Assembly (NCBI GenBank): GCA_044892525.1
Contig: CM097888.1
Location: forward strand, 81,840,001-81,904,000
From: Schmidtea polychroa
Lineage: Eukaryota
Length of the DNA stretch: 64,000 nucleotides
Direction of reading: 5' to 3'
The position numbers and the translations under genes are program-made. The stretch's first letter is position 1. Each line of letters opens with the position of its first letter. The notes beneath the pieces were generated by a model, which saw only the letters and a list, made by a program, of their open reading frames with translations, ran no database searches and was not told where the DNA came from. Below are positions 51,101 to 55,463 of this stretch, piece after piece.

Positions 51101-54100
51101 GAAAACAATGCAATTGACTGTTTAATTATTCATGAACAGATAGGTCCATTGATTAAAAAAATAAGAAAGGTTGTGAAGCTATTCAGACGTTCGCCAATGA
51201 AAAATTATAAAGCTTTACAGAAACATGTTAAAGAACAATTTGGAAAGGAACTGAATTTAATTCTAGATTCTAAAACACGTTGGAATAGCTTACTTGCCAT
51301 GCTAGAACGCTTTGTCCAGTTAAAGAACTGCATACAAAAGGCTTTGATTGATTTAAATTTAAATGCCGAAATATCATTTTCGGAAATTGATTTTTCTTTA
51401 GCATCATCAGTTATTTCAGTTCTTCTTCCAATCAAATTAACTGTTGAAGCTTCTTGTCGTCAAGAGGCTACTCTTCTTAGCGCAGATGCAGCTTTACTAT
51501 TTATGTTTAATCAATTGACAGAACAGAATACTGCTTTAAGTAATGAATTCAAAGAAGAGCTAATTATTCGTATAAAACAAAGGCGTACTGATTTATCGAG
51601 TCTACTACAATACCTGCACAATCATACTGAATCAGCAGATGACGACCAAAATGAAATTTTTAATCGAATTAACAACGCAACAATTATAAAAATAATTATA
51701 AATTTATTGGAACGCTTATATACTATCGATGTCATCGATATTGAAAACATAGGAGCCTCTTCCATCGACGTTTCTGAGTTATCTGCTGATTCTGAGCCAG
51801 AAATTCTAAGTTCGATGACAATGAAAGAAAAACTAGAAATGGCAATTTCCAAGAAAGTTAATGTGATGAATACTGCGAGTGGAATTTCAAAAACGATGAA
51901 TTCTAAAGTACTTTATAAAGTTATAAAACAGGAACTAGCATACTTCGAAGTAGAACATATTAGAGGAAAATATCTTCAACTAGTATATGACTGCCTTATG
52001 TCCATACCACCAACTAGCGTCGAGTCCGAAAGAGCCTTTTCAGCAGCAGGGCTGTTGTGCACAAAAATTCGATCCAGCTTAAGCGACAAAACTCTTGATA
52101 GTTTAACATTTTTGAGGGCATATTTTAAAGGCAAATCACAACAATAGGACATAGGACTTATTATTCTTATATATTATTAATTATATTATTACTCTTTTTT
52201 TATTTTATATTTTTTTTGTCTTTTGTGGCACTTTAAAAAAAAAGTTTATTGTTTCGAATTATTCGTTATTGAATTAAATATTTTATTTTCTTTATAAATA
52301 TTTTTTTTCTATTTTTTGCGGTGTAGTTTTGCGTTTTTTTGTTTTTTCTTAAATACCGGTATTAATACCGGGATCCCGGTATTAATATATTGAAATACCG
52401 AAATACCGGTTTTGAAAATTTGATCCGGTATTGCAAGCCCTACTTACGTCAGTAACTATTGTTGATGTTGGCATAGTTATGCATAGTTATGCTATTATAT
52501 GCAGATATTACATGCATGTATGGCTAAGTAGCAACTGTTATTATAAATTGTGTCAATACACCACGTGATTTTACGCCGGGTTTTTACATCCAAAATTGAA
52601 AGAAAATAAGGCCAAAATCATTGAAAATAACAATTGAAGAGAATTGCGTTTGTATGTAAGAATGTCAAAATATATGTTTTAGTCGAACAGTCAAAACTAT
52701 GACAAATTGTAAGCTTATATCATAATGGAATTTATCTAATACATAAAATGTCAAATTAAGAAAGTTTAAGAATTTATCATTTTTTTATTGTATTTTGATG
52801 TAAACTACGATTTATGTTTTTCTGCAAAATCTTGGTAATTTTTACATAAAAGAATCATTTTGGTTTGCTGGAAAAAAGAAAGTTCTTTCGGCACAAGATC
52901 AAAACTAAATAGAAAGAGTCACAAATTTGTATTGATTAAGAAGTTTAGGCTATAGGAGTCATGGATGGGAAAACGTTACAATTGGACAAAGTATTCATGT
53001 GTATTCATTGTATTAGATGTGTCATTATTTCGTAAGTTGTAAAAGTTCCTCTTTTTGGTCAAATTTTCATACAGACTATCAATATTTTTAGTCATTAACC
53101 ACCTAATGATACCAAATTGGAACTGCATTACCATAAATGCCTTTCAAGCGGTTCAAGATGTACTAACGCAGATCACAGTGTAGCACGACTTGACCCGGAA
53201 TTTCGAAAAGCTCACTTTTACAATGAGAGAGTTTGATTTGACATTTATAGAAATTGAAAAATAATAAAATATTATTAAGCTCAACATTTATTAAACAGAA
53301 TTTTCAAAATAAATCGAACTTACTTTTTGTACTTCTTTCCCGTTATAGGATCAACTACAACTTCATATTCATTGCCATCTTTGTCTTTGAGTATTTGACC
53401 ACCTTTTGCTAAGAAAAGCAAACGTCATTTAGTCATGTAAAATATTATTAATTCAACCTTTAACAAGTTCTTCGTCATCAGAACCCCCATAGACTGTAGA
53501 TGACTTTTCCCAGCCTTCAATAGTTTCGTTTTCTTTTAAATTCAAATATTTTTTTAAAAAATTAGGATCTCCCTTGGAATTAAGAAATTCTTTATATTCT
53601 TCCTCTGTCATTAAAATCGTTTTTTCGACTAGTCGCCCACTTTTAGTTTGAATGAAAGTTTTTAGAACTTTCATTGCGGGTTTAGGTGCTTTCTTCCAAT
53701 CTATGACATCGAGATCTGGATCATTTTTCATGTATTTTGAAATGATATCCTTTAAATTTCCTCCTTTTTGTAACTTTTCATAGTCTTCTTCCGAAATCAT
53801 TATATTTTTTTCAGTAATTCTACCATTCTCAGTTTGAATTTTCGTTGTAATAGTTCTCATTTTTGATTCGGTCCATCCTTCAAGTTTGTCTCCACTTTTT
53901 AATCCCAATCTTTTTCTTAATAATGCATTAATATCTAAATCTCCTCTTTGAATAGCATCAAAATCCTTTTTGGAAATATAAATGACTTTTTCAATGAACC
54001 GCCCACTTTTAGTTGTAACATAATTTTTTAAGGCAACATTTTCATCTTTGTCAAAGGAATCTAAATTCTTTAATTCGTCTTTTGTAAGATATTTTTGGAA

Positions 54101-54231
54101 AAGTTTCTTTATGTCTTCACCTCTTGCCAATGAATTATTGATAGCTATGAAATCTTCTTCACTAACATAAATGATCTTTTCTATTCGTCTTCCACTTTTC
54201 GTCATTATGTATGTTTTTATCGCTCTTGTGT
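105..54231 (-). CDS. Multi-exon host gene, partial (5' and 3' ends not located); large charged protein with TKSGR-type repeats and an EF-hand-like C-terminal region; function unknown
   Basis: Hand-built GT-AG exon chain with compatible phases: 54231-53458, 53408-53324, 9569-9315, 9270-9058, 9012-8953, 8907-8778, 7958-7883, 7838-7618, 7575-7446, 3798-3679, 3632-3514, 3459-3290, 461-105 (last exon spans an N gap). Seven introns are 42-54 nt. Translation is continuous, e.g. ...DPITGKKYK-N-YITVSDGKGG..., ...DIDT-V-NPGQRVKII..., EDHDDMDGIINYK-GCRTALG...ITFRMFSVIAAL...CRDLLEIADLLDIERKLKFYRDLF. Additional exons inside the long introns cannot be excluded. Confidence 0.75.
315..2724. other. Three assembly gaps (N runs at 315-450, 1954-2277, 2513-2724)
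   Basis: Runs of n in the sequence; ORFs spanning them are artefacts. Confidence 0.99.
915..1710 (-). mobile_element. Penelope-like element remnant (RT + GIY-YIG), 5'-truncated and internally deleted
   Basis: Minus strand: YTSIEPKEAIQ...ILENTYFTF...YKQVKGLPMGSSISGLLAIIFM...YARYVDDIF (PLE-type RT), then FNAAHRDIKFEIE fused directly to IIYCITC..NEIYIG and HQRVKEH...FKEAILI...PKIN (GIY-YIG). Contains stops, frameshifts and a deletion between RT and endonuclease. Confidence 0.9.
5060..5304. mobile_element. hAT-type MITE (245 bp)
   Basis: TIRs CAGTGGCGGAACT / AGTTACGCCACTG; perfect 8-bp TSD ATTATTTA. Confidence 0.85.
5681..5938. mobile_element. Possible piggyBac-type MITE (258 bp)
   Basis: TTAA on both sides; imperfect TIRs CCTTGGAGCGGGCG vs CCTTTGAATAGGCG (4 mismatches in 14). 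Confidence 0.4.
8008..8766. mobile_element. hAT-type MITE (759 bp) inside a host intron
   Basis: Left end CAGCGGTTCCCAA, degenerate right end TTGGAACCCCAT; near-perfect 8-bp TSD GTCTAACT/ATCTAACT. Removing element plus one TSD restores a 52-nt intron. Confidence 0.7.
12125..12570. repeat. Inverted pair of Penelope-type terminal-repeat segments, each carrying a minimal hammerhead ribozyme motif
   Basis: ~80-bp arms (about 12125-12205 and 12490-12570) are reverse complements. Each has CAC-CTGATGA-T-GACAG-GAAAA-CT(G/A)TC-(GAAA/AAAG)-TATATC-GTG. The AT-rich body matches 59593-59896. Confidence 0.7.
13052..14469 (-). mobile_element. Internally deleted hAT transposon (Buster/Charlie-like, GTF2IRD2/ZBED5-type transposase fragment)
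   Basis: TIRs CAGCGCTGGCGAACC / CAGCGCTGACAAACC; perfect 8-bp TSD GATTAGGT; ORF 13292-13846 contains SFEVSKIIARHGKPFSDGDYIKES...LPISRNTVKERI. Confidence 0.9.
20233..20300 (+). promoter_or_regulatory. Candidate LTR promoter: inverted CCAAT (ATTGG 20233-20237), TATATATA (20259-20266), predicted start near 20290 (copy at +25,995)
   Basis: Motif spacing only; followed by an AUG-free leader and strong GTAAG donors at 20315 and 20540. Confidence 0.45.
22767..23519 (+). CDS. LTR-encoded 250-aa protein, putative nuclear regulator/transactivator
   Basis: Intact ORF in both LTRs; two RPCxxC motifs bracketing a coiled coil, Pro/Ser-rich linker, basic KPKRKQLSRAERKKRQRER, acidic-aromatic tail EFFNLDELFADAEWEKQ; acceptor TTTTCTTCTTTAG 9 nt upstream and AATAAA at 23643. 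Confidence 0.75.
   Translation: MLSNNNSALRPCFSCSDKNAVIKDLQAQIGRYKRQIDELEGTWFSPARMKEIQKKLDRSEHCRDALISESRAQRSLIREQSEALHKVYVQAATTRKIVQIPIREADDIFPPHHNLSSNPSPPFKRPCRDCVETELSPQRPDVVITGTSKPPTASPSVSVTLPQVASSSKPKRKQLSRAERKKRQRERATTKPNIPSIEDSTNDGNSHVSLDLTTGPSARIISAAGVTWEENASEFFNLDELFADAEWEKQ
23643..23648 (+). terminator. Candidate LTR polyadenylation signal (R/U5 boundary near 23670; copy at 49638)
   Basis: AATAAA followed by GT-rich TTGTTGTCTT, 124 nt after the LTR ORF stop. Confidence 0.5.
23700..24053 (+). ncRNA. Conserved structured RNA element at the U5 end of the LTR (copy at 49695-50048); family unidentified
   Basis: Several helices with compensatory substitutions relative to the related LTR at 63706-64000 (see findings). 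Confidence 0.7.
24061..24078 (+). promoter_or_regulatory. Primer-binding site, tRNA-Pro type
   Basis: TGGGGGCTCAGCCGGGAT, 16/18 identical to the MLV PBS-Pro TGGGGGCTCGTCCGGGAT; 7-nt spacer after the LTR. Confidence 0.85.
24393..24878 (+). CDS. 161-aa coiled-coil + C-terminal IAP-type RING (C3HC4) protein, putative E3 ligase, upstream of gag
   Basis: CIACKLRPIRVLFLPCGHLSHCEECVKDLKRCTMCKYEIKETHMVY matches the C-terminal RING pattern of IAP-like proteins; no BIR domain; strong acceptor TTTTCCAACAG 2 nt before the ATG. Confidence 0.9.
   Translation: MTEFANQMQQLLKFIDIENDSLTTLTHKREKINAILLQAIGQTPVVPNPMILATGLSRPDGKINPETVYQWYQERLNHPTLNLDYQRLKDSLNTIPDAIEQKIQEKVNQLRTCIACKLRPIRVLFLPCGHLSHCEECVKDLKRCTMCKYEIKETHMVYYGE
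25498..25675 (+). repeat. 74-bp tandem repeat (about 2.4 copies) in the pre-gag untranslated region
   Basis: GAGCTGTTGAATAGTGCCAGCCAGTCGTAA... recurs at 25498, 25572 and 25646; a degenerate half-copy lies at ~25460. Confidence 0.95.
26984..36766 (+). CDS. gag-pol: Polyprotein part 1 (3,260 aa as annotated): Gag with 3 CCHC knuckles, Ubl x3, Bcl-2-like, Env-like glycoprotein, aspartic protease, RT, RNase H, first half of the IN zinc finger
   Basis: CCHC x3 at 27737-27889; protease DTG at 34214; YIDD at 35432; RNase H LATDASG...TDHQPL; IN H-x6-H at ~36523; reading frame slips at the A7 run 36628-36634. Confidence 0.97.
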   Translation: MTNVVKTDEYKEKFRGEPFNGNANKLATFITNFEVYITVCGWTPEAISKRMPLFLCDSALEVYLEAKERDTKLEKWEDIKTFLKKTFGASKPINQALGELANRKQRANESITLYASELRRLAKKAMNGKLPEENLIGYFIEGLRREEVRASVGCQMCKTLEEAIDWATRCELHLPAQMNIMQEEGRIATAIAKADNGDNNNQEPKMNQFIPGAHQIFKPPQGRSNGNNGNRNNPNNENNFNNRRNMNDNKQCRTCGKPGHWDRDCYRNSTCNRCGRRGHTENVCQLRGCFNCGQPGHISRDCRERGQQQRPPQRNNNYIANPQRQSNPNEGKQMNVMQEISQMKQMMQQMMRPRQESAPQQTQNIRMMRSTENLNNYEVHQHVQEWQRLQAEEERIKQERNQQRQEQPLRINMMKLVKDMKSQYCYNYGKSPRVVPMTEPEKVKEITTEMKTENSTTILKGNQRIQKIFWKKMKDKIEKEHNKAKTETEDENNKSKEQTSQLNHQMLQESESEETTIFERKKLKRVPRMRNLQINMMKRTKDVASSDEEEDYVSSLGGEILQPNEISEPPKGEIKEEESGNEITSESEDEDIEIKLRKAREEAIKQVVEILPVVVRNQEFIDVIPFRRFVQKVMKLERNEKDLIPNEEKSIIKNYMEKMKQADTTRYVIKIGTSRGLERMWIKNTVTDELFDWIREHLGSSRKKEYLYQYQGEQIKPDMHLVDALIWPGETQILKLHKEKQPANLYDWAKDAKAEYDFNIKLKLEQIKQCTLRRNLDKLIKQIQEQVEDNWDLLITRRAPAMYELMSRLRDTEMLRMSDWRTINLIHKYGRLKETQPQRLEITIWLPNEEKRRIKMSNQSTVDDLVSKINQEITEKVRSESSDGMVDDVVMMYDKIILRAEDDTSLSEMGMWDNHQIIRIVPMDEFRTRDVTYQKEIRDRMKTLYQKSTEIIEIHQQWLKEKELQGKITKLNTRSCRRTPWERVWNAESKEWEIRKGIFVETDIGETESESEEEEEEPPEYEEEARGQTSDDESETDVTSESENEARHIHAMRKKEREYADMDGEEATEAREREETERYKQLGDILAMGAKNQKRQVVALANIILKTSENIHNLRGMAKAIEEYRQYNEWYPEQLEQIIRKWRNQEWAQDTQERYHIRIKYPDKSIEELEVHPTTKIRELKKKLAYETPFHLQLFGKSLDDNADVGITPMRLEETNVLTMAETLGKPLKRKSKIIKPTKGSLSTPSPNKAPNKSNETEEVEEIILEDSDDEPGERSPLLVRWPTGAEMWTNNQPSTSYQQPTKLNIKEIIDNTTETETDEQFQKQREPTKVTPESQTDKIIDEWNEWLRNNDSSLPRTDNERNPNYENTREAGTMMEKRAKGRPKKQGEKSEFKTKEQLKQEQGQVRLEKLDKIVWDLKEAQPTIERGEKWIRELLKDMLIITNPQLRRLWQRKVASTEARQLWHTISGIIPKLIKEKTKTTKTDWDETKRVIEQLTTNANDDEHHLVVITYLMYNLMGLAARKIPNKQFANHVEMTVSIIENTIEPHIIRAGGWKRLIQAPRKNEQERSMQVRLKKLLNELEWELPMKDPASRKASINSLMMTMMIWMLCTSGATGFTIYDCDNMIMRDKYSLRDIEECRQASPNKLDIVRTKVTYHVYQESDFIRTQARECVVSKKVLAYYCGQYSYSTLILPGLDKEIVSIQREDCKELFRTGALKMHNGVTIHGQTGMIKTESVYVSGKVKSSDGSCNGGTYTIRGEVISGVVVIESYTVELKEYEAQFDANNYQMKTNPACKATENVCRTGVSTIIYEANTQKCRLQLLKSALFNEVKGEIYENENDEDGNDRVRMRNGKPMPPSPREKRLSTQKTPTALITDDPDLGMRFIKEKETTKCDSIVYKTNYAGIYMSRQIIDRAVGKIATEDVKLYLYANNKMDFLFHRGQTTLQKVYYDLIQNDCSLNKEILKTKLAIAITHPDNTMPSLPLPDGHFGRMVGEVMYTYQCTKTYARMPEKSILPEKRCANELEIRYKGQNRFVQPVTRIMNPVGFYPNLFNCSNAYGPLYERPDGKWMMLPGKTISEEPKKFGLIELATELDFKPIDVSNGGMYSPEDLETARLNVLFPARRESILSNMVTITGGTNYQSGPNYELLLSPDHFQQATSNMMKAMWGRFLVFGQMMAGILGIILIIQIVRVILTQMLACFDIYKREKKVNWKMIVGFLPFLAKTMVLHGHSKDIHRIKRLIKILTKIKGTDEEVGRRFRKVMYDEATRRQLKKNKPKFLDRFRSQSSNSDSDDDDNGNDKCLYPNRNPNEKPMETAPYWEKEKTNTWIANGSYIPPDIVGPQAALTMTQNMYPQLPSQPGMHYMPTRRTKSVDQADDVRTIAAMSLPGGPAVTVMIQINGKETNAMIDTGANVSAIAINQIPSKHWKDIESTTIHIIACSKETVDVVGRWWTTLRYQDNEIETYLAVIPELSVPCIIGTDLMPELLKEVVIDLTTMCLKDKTGRICKMNAVIRCPEKIIVPAKSQMICQIKVDTGMEGEVIFEPSKSFEKRRELPLAREIITINQEGVIPLNITNFEEEDKIIYENEKLGRLTPMMDIELPKVTNEMIKDDELWTIDSMLLTNDEKKKLHRLLVEYKDIFAISDLDLGTCDVTLHAIPLIDEIPIALRPYKLAEMQKEIAEAEVQKMLDAKVIEPSCSPWQFPVVMVKKKDGTQRFCIDYRKLNAVTKRDTYPLPDINEMLLMLQGAAYFTSLDLKSGYWQIKVKDEDKEKTAFTLGRDLYQFRKMPFGLTNAPASFQRCMNFVTHGIKQCMVYIDDLLIYSATFEQHLEDIRNVFIRLRQWKLKLKPSKCDWAKEKVTFLGHIVSAKGKEPDPRNIEKIKTCPAPKTVTQVQEFLGLCGYYRKFIKNYAGIAKPIQELVKKDISFIWGKEQQEAFETLRDKLIEAPILVHPDFKKPFLLATDASGYAAGAILGQLDDEGKERVIGYYSRTFKKHEKNYSVTEREALAIIQAIKHFRYLLWGHEICITTDHQPLVWLGQHKEASSRLMRWAMQLQEYSPFIKFKAGRANANADCMSRFIFPDLVDSEMQRICLIVAEDLDFCQLRKDQQEDAELKQIIDYVKTGKTEVYAKDQKLKEHMDKHRHRYIIEKDWLLIMDGEKRLMCIPGNRRKELLTQYHDGRLGGHMSSKKTLARMKQKYFWPTLTEDVTEWVKKLSNLCNQEEYWIEMESTFNTNASTNRTNDDDIHGRSWSTTRVR
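28979..30646 (+). other. Three ubiquitin-like domains within the polyprotein (28979-29194, 29498-29746, 30443-30646)
   Basis: The third reads IRIKYPDKSIEELEVHPTTKIRELKKKL...LQLFGKSLDDNADV versus ubiquitin [28 protein letters not shown]...LIFAGKQLEDGRTL. The first two show the same beta-grasp pattern more weakly. None ends in GG. Confidence 0.65.
31268..31663 (+). other. Bcl-2-like domain within the polyprotein
   Basis: Helical domain ending in BH2-like IIENTIEPHIIRAGGWKRL (cf. WIQDNGGW); BH1 position VIEQLTTNANDDEHHLVVITY lacks NWGR. Confidence 0.7.
31781..33700 (+). other. env: Envelope glycoprotein, chuvirus G / herpes gB-like (class III fusogen), in frame between Gag and protease
   Basis: Signal peptide SLMMTMMIWMLCTSGATG then FTIYDC; C-x10-CG motif (CVVSKKVLAYYCG); Cys-rich ectodomain with DCSLNKEILKTKLA, GEVMYTYQC, FVQPVTRI, GGMYS; furin-like REKR at 32567-32578; C-terminal WGRFLVFGQMMAGILGIILIIQIVRVIL TM. 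About 620 aa. Confidence 0.85.
36633..40838 (+). CDS. Polyprotein part 2: integrase (CxxC + DDE), two ankyrin-repeat modules, internal signal peptide, FN3-like ectodomain, TM
   Basis: The +1 frame from 36633 gives NCLTCATRK; D 36735, D 36915, E 37023; ANK motifs GDTPLH, GYTPLMIAA, KNALHHAI, RTPLQQAI, GETAMMYAA, GNSTLDWA; hydrophobic segments at 39837-39884 and 40626-40697. Confidence 0.93.
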   Translation, partial: NCLTCATRKNTGSKWKAPLTPMPVPIEPMTMISMDVVGPLPESDKGNVYILVITDFLTKFPEAFAMPDQKAKTIAKILVEEICCRYGTPKQILTDQGTNFMSEIMSEVTNYFKIAKLRTSPYHPQTNGMTERFNGTLIQMLSNYVDRHQRDWDEYINLCLMAYRMSIHASTKMSPFKLMYGRECNMPMDLEYQPPISQYMEIDDYVTKFKERMQEIWETAGLNIKFYQESYKDLHDRKKNVKQHTFQTGDWVMIETPELIPGTTKKLQRNGKGPYEILFVGETNVRVKLVNNPFTRPIYVNVARCKSIPKTATSQPEGRTLTTRSQTYRMNMMQQLAEPITGRLGIQPSEAEKIVKEVKIKIPGWAEDRLDFEILGGLLTMIENYANRERTHPLLRVVQSQWPILFTITDHYGDTPLHKLMKVGNNEQILETIEAFHDCKRSTEQTNNQGYTPLMIAANRGKTKDIITALLDTGSKITTQDHERKNALHHAIEGRSTEAFTSLMELLSYEDNREVGNMYDGLLTAIKEKLTTITGILITWRNPIRNDYMINVNEAFTRGENTLMREAMKGHHLFEIPNQLLERGIKFTNHKDEQLAKKRIDTFEKSLFQFTNQVRNKYWETVSVLYMMDTMNNIRENYLDIIQILTAEERINNPNGKKTKIRYEKSRESKSTTNQTVTNNVIKTKSMSTDQEAIIRKAKEVFFEEMLELPDEIILSKIIKAVHTYARDQTTGLDIGKIKTFLPRAFTMVTKDSRTPLQQAILAAKENRAITIVRILGEMGEETNTKNEQGETAMMYAAITKIHPKTLHILHQSGSKLDEKSNEGNSTLDWATIQPNLEMIRFICKNATKEEVENMCKNTSQFQWNTVRKNLEAMKLLLTWRVPQNNKYAINVNEFYENGENAMVKDTLTKGGTPKIILIVLNREDLKFTQNQNEQQRIGKHRRMQLRELVKEWNRKRHAATGRKEFEFEAKLARNRVLTAYRRLLNDINVEDDILNDSGGDKYDDNDGKGRKEDKGKREPEEDKPENKDLDTKREGNRPGTKTKEEEKSNNGKQRVCLPFTNKEIETNMILMIIMLTMIELVTAQGGTRTIKETKEAENQDSKEDELKQEKKKQTQEQQWDLKEEWDLKERCILGRCMSRAYQKLVLINEDTEPITEVRIQEAYRNRDGKRITNVKGKEVHLGKGGEVVITQLQPRKEHKVCISRLGPGERCHQYVTQQQPPKEYTVCIWRNESKRECRRYPGKRGKKRKNHDEKDEGGKHKKTGEEAQDNYVSEEEMEKIQKMAKEGMNEEIARIREMMKGNGKRGNEKGTGAISTLTNKEKPESISVKQMMWISGIIITGAFLIITGGTIKIIKDKRHRGELEMTRIRNFQHRVKRPSDIKQEQWVEAWNAQRPPNSRI
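40999..41358 (+). CDS. Small coiled-coil accessory protein (119 aa from ATG 40999)
   Basis: Intact ORF with heptad-like EQ-rich sequence; AG 2 nt before the ATG; TGTAAATAAA downstream. Confidence 0.7.
   Translation: MDQGNNEMNHNTVTEELWKQQCAVLAQLVSNLQEQGLTMHRNLIESMNRGFSYLKIIEDQRLKIEQMQREIERITQYSRRQEIEIDRMMEEAEQTEIEDWSEWLMNREESGHEADSSEP
41444..42832 (+). CDS. Full-length TRAF-family protein (RING, TRAF zinc fingers, coiled coil, MATH), intronless
   Basis: CGICEKLLKEPHQTQCGCRVCKEC...CPVC RING (His position is Cys); CKNAPCEW...H..EC fingers; MATH domain YIWKITG...SPTFHSWKNGYKMKMKIYPNGDGTGLDTHFSIFFLLCKGEYDEILEWPF. Confidence 0.95.
   Translation: MDKRQREEFREIVEQVRKSTTIRIHKHVMCGICEKLLKEPHQTQCGCRVCKECISEAIKNRPQRCPVCKETLISSLEDTNEDKAAVKDMLNTNLGCKNAPCEWKGVIWKVVQHMGECMYRIGQCERCHKTIRASEEKEHQRQCEERLERCEHCGEIDTWKNLTLKHHNVQEERVCAEFSGECPNGCNQGEIMKVAQHLRECEKKRMTCVLGRWGCQKLLHRGELPHHLVGNASTHAEMWSTALQESEEKVKQMEIEITSLKVLVKELLEERKAFEEARANIKMQINRTEISNNQAKELHQKIREINLNEITPTAPYIWKITGVKERIRKAKTGEETRITSPTFHSWKNGYKMKMKIYPNGDGTGLDTHFSIFFLLCKGEYDEILEWPFQAKIDITLMNNRSIHEQSFKTTGNQIAYQRPLNEEGSATGAPTFISQQRVEDMARNDTIYIKMTVRKEEKGRTE
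43026..44081 (+). CDS. 351-aa long coiled-coil accessory protein
   Basis: Intact ORF, E/K/R-rich heptads; acceptor ATTTAG immediately upstream. Confidence 0.8.
   Translation: MTQEKITEIAIDPTNVNKTQIPREHNKKWNKVMFQLTNLTRNHIEETREDENSQYQWLIHNLRAEAEACKRASKWASLENTRQEAHSHYLKQLVQEARKRLTDENTKREAEKRIEDRKMMHLVAEARKWKRQNREMKKEMKELPMRLGYESEQGKWEENLIIKEELKRLRKVAARSQTWQTKAMEFERHLALKCDIREHENAAMEEMITQQAGRIVELVNQVGEMKRDLNGLQGSLEQRNMVLAGKNRKLENERKMYTENIKNLEIEIEKWKGDEKIKALDKQIEAKDEETRYLTYLLDEELNITRALRDEVSELRAQIPQYYLPYDPIAIQLHSAVDSDEGYVGQEETFV
44258..44956 (+). CDS. Coiled-coil accessory protein (232 aa from ATG 44258; ORF open from 44204)
   Basis: Intact E/K/R-rich ORF; acceptor ATATTATAG 2 nt before ATG 44258. 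Confidence 0.75.
   Translation: MKIEEMIEIMSDIEEGEIEAETTETQTLKAELREEKYENGRLINKYLEDRKMIKVLKKECEALGEIKRETEEENEWLHEQRKRGKNWEKIAEELWKERASFKAKEVIQDYWKTEAKERQTAINKLKRQLEENQRESKEMRKWVRKYREIERKHQQQNYLQENEQDLLQIELKRNLEKKREEIRRLEKEIRHLKREAREKDRQLEMLPELRHRVINAESTLMRIGENNPNQNH
45012..45665 (+). CDS. Small type I membrane protein (217 aa from ATG 45012; ORF open from 44997)
   Basis: Signal peptide MMITMMVLMILMESKQIDA, Q/N-rich ectodomain with three Cys, TM YLIYVVIAETLLLCLPIFM, P/N/T-rich tail. Confidence 0.75.
   Translation: MRGEMMITMMVLMILMESKQIDAQPKIVRDYRNQNQEPKQESSQCTYPMTVKTHIIQTIQSTRSHINNIQTMCKKNPICKMINKQILEQIQQFDQLEQQMQQENFGNLVEKPKIPPEINDTHYLIYVVIAETLLLCLPIFMKIYEIRNRCRVSTSIRVTSNQNPQEVPLTNLNPTPFRPRTPSNQPIQPKSNSQTYLNINTQTNQQPPAEASMVNSS
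45891..50048 (+). repeat. 3' LTR (4,158 bp)
   Basis: Direct repeat of 19896-24053; followed by TSD ATAA. Confidence 0.97.
48762..49514 (+). CDS. Second copy of the LTR-encoded 250-aa protein
   Basis: Identical translation to 22767-23519. Confidence 0.75.
   Translation: MLSNNNSALRPCFSCSDKNAVIKDLQAQIGRYKRQIDELEGTWFSPARMKEIQKKLDRSEHCRDALISESRAQRSLIREQSEALHKVYVQAATTRKIVQIPIREADDIFPPHHNLSSNPSPPFKRPCRDCVETELSPQRPDVVITGTSKPPTASPSVSVTLPQVASSSKPKRKQLSRAERKKRQRERATTKPNIPSIEDSTNDGNSHVSLDLTTGPSARIISAAGVTWEENASEFFNLDELFADAEWEKQ
50151..52147 (+). pseudogene. hAT transposase pseudogene (BED finger, DDE core, C-terminal dimerization domain)
   Basis: VWFYF...(frameshift ~50220)...CKKC...LHTHLKTLH; SLTFDEWTS, ITTDGAS, CLVHGIQL, DSKTRWNS, SVESERAFS; in-frame TAA at 50996-50998. 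Confidence 0.93.
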
Positions 54232-55463
54232 CTGAATAAAGAAACTATTAAATATGAAAAAAAATTATGTATTTATACATATATATATTATAAAAACTTT
54301 TTTCAATTTTCACCACTGATTTCTTTTCAATTGACATTGTATTTATTGAAAAACTTAATTATGAATCAGTAAATATATCGATGATTTTTTATATTCACGA
54401 ATTTTTGGTCTTGACTTTTTCAAGTGATTTTTCAAAAAAATTAAAACATTAAAATTAGATTTTTATTTTAATTTGAGTGTCAATATCATGTTAAAATGTT
54501 CTTATACTTATTTCCGTTTTAACAAAAGATCAAAAAAATAATTTAGTGCTATGCAACACAAATTTTTAATCTTTTGTCCAAATAAAAATTAATGAAAAAT
54601 CAATAAAAAAGAAAACAGATGAAAAAAGTTTAAAACCAATGTTTCTTAACGAAATCACGGTTTCTTGGTAGTAGGATATTGTAAATGATAAATAACGAAT
54701 GAATGAACTGTAAAATAATTATTTTCAATCTAATATACTAATTTGAGCTAATGTAGTAATCATTCCAAAAGAATGTTTTCTTTCTCTAACTATCTTTTTC
54801 AGAGCTACTCGGGCCTCAGGTATATAAAATAAAAAATAAAAGAGATAAAAACTCAATTTTATTTTTTAATTTTAAAAATTGAAATTAAATTGTTTTAAAT
54901 TGCTACAAAGTTTTTCTTTTTTATCATCAAAAACCAAACGAAAAAAAGATAAAGATTTGGAAAAATTACTACATCAGTTAAGTTTCGTATTAGATTGAAA
55001 ACCTTTTCATAATAATAAATTAGCATTTATTAAAATTTTCGCAAGCGCTCCCAATACATGACGCAATGAATTTATCCTTGAGGAAGAAATATAAAGCTAA
55101 GGTTACGGTCTTTTTTATTTAACTTTGTAAATTTTGAAGAATAATCTAATTTTTATTTACAAAAAGAATAATTTAATTTTTTTGCATGAAATATTATTTT
55201 ATACAGTAATTTACTCATACATTTAAACAAATCGTAATTATAGCATAAATATATATTGAGAGAATTAACTTATTCACTACAGGTGATTAAACTCACAAGA
55301 AAGACAATTTTTATTTTCATTAACTTCCGCGGGATCTAGATCACTTGTCATTAACTGTTTTTCAAGTAACCTTTTTCGTAAACATGTCCTGATGATCTAT
55401 TAAGAACTGGAACTTCAGGAATTTCGTTGGAAACAGAGCAATTTAACGACATTTTAAAGAAAA

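Larger units (their letters stand above)
19221..52442 (+). mobile_element. hAT DNA transposon (~3.07 kb when empty), split by the giant LTR element
   Basis: 18-bp TIR TAGGGCTTGCAATACCGG at 19221-19238 and inverted at 52425-52442; perfect 8-bp TSD CTTACGTC; subterminal palindrome AATACCGGGATCCCGGTATT at 19231-19250 and 52364-52383. Confidence 0.95.
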
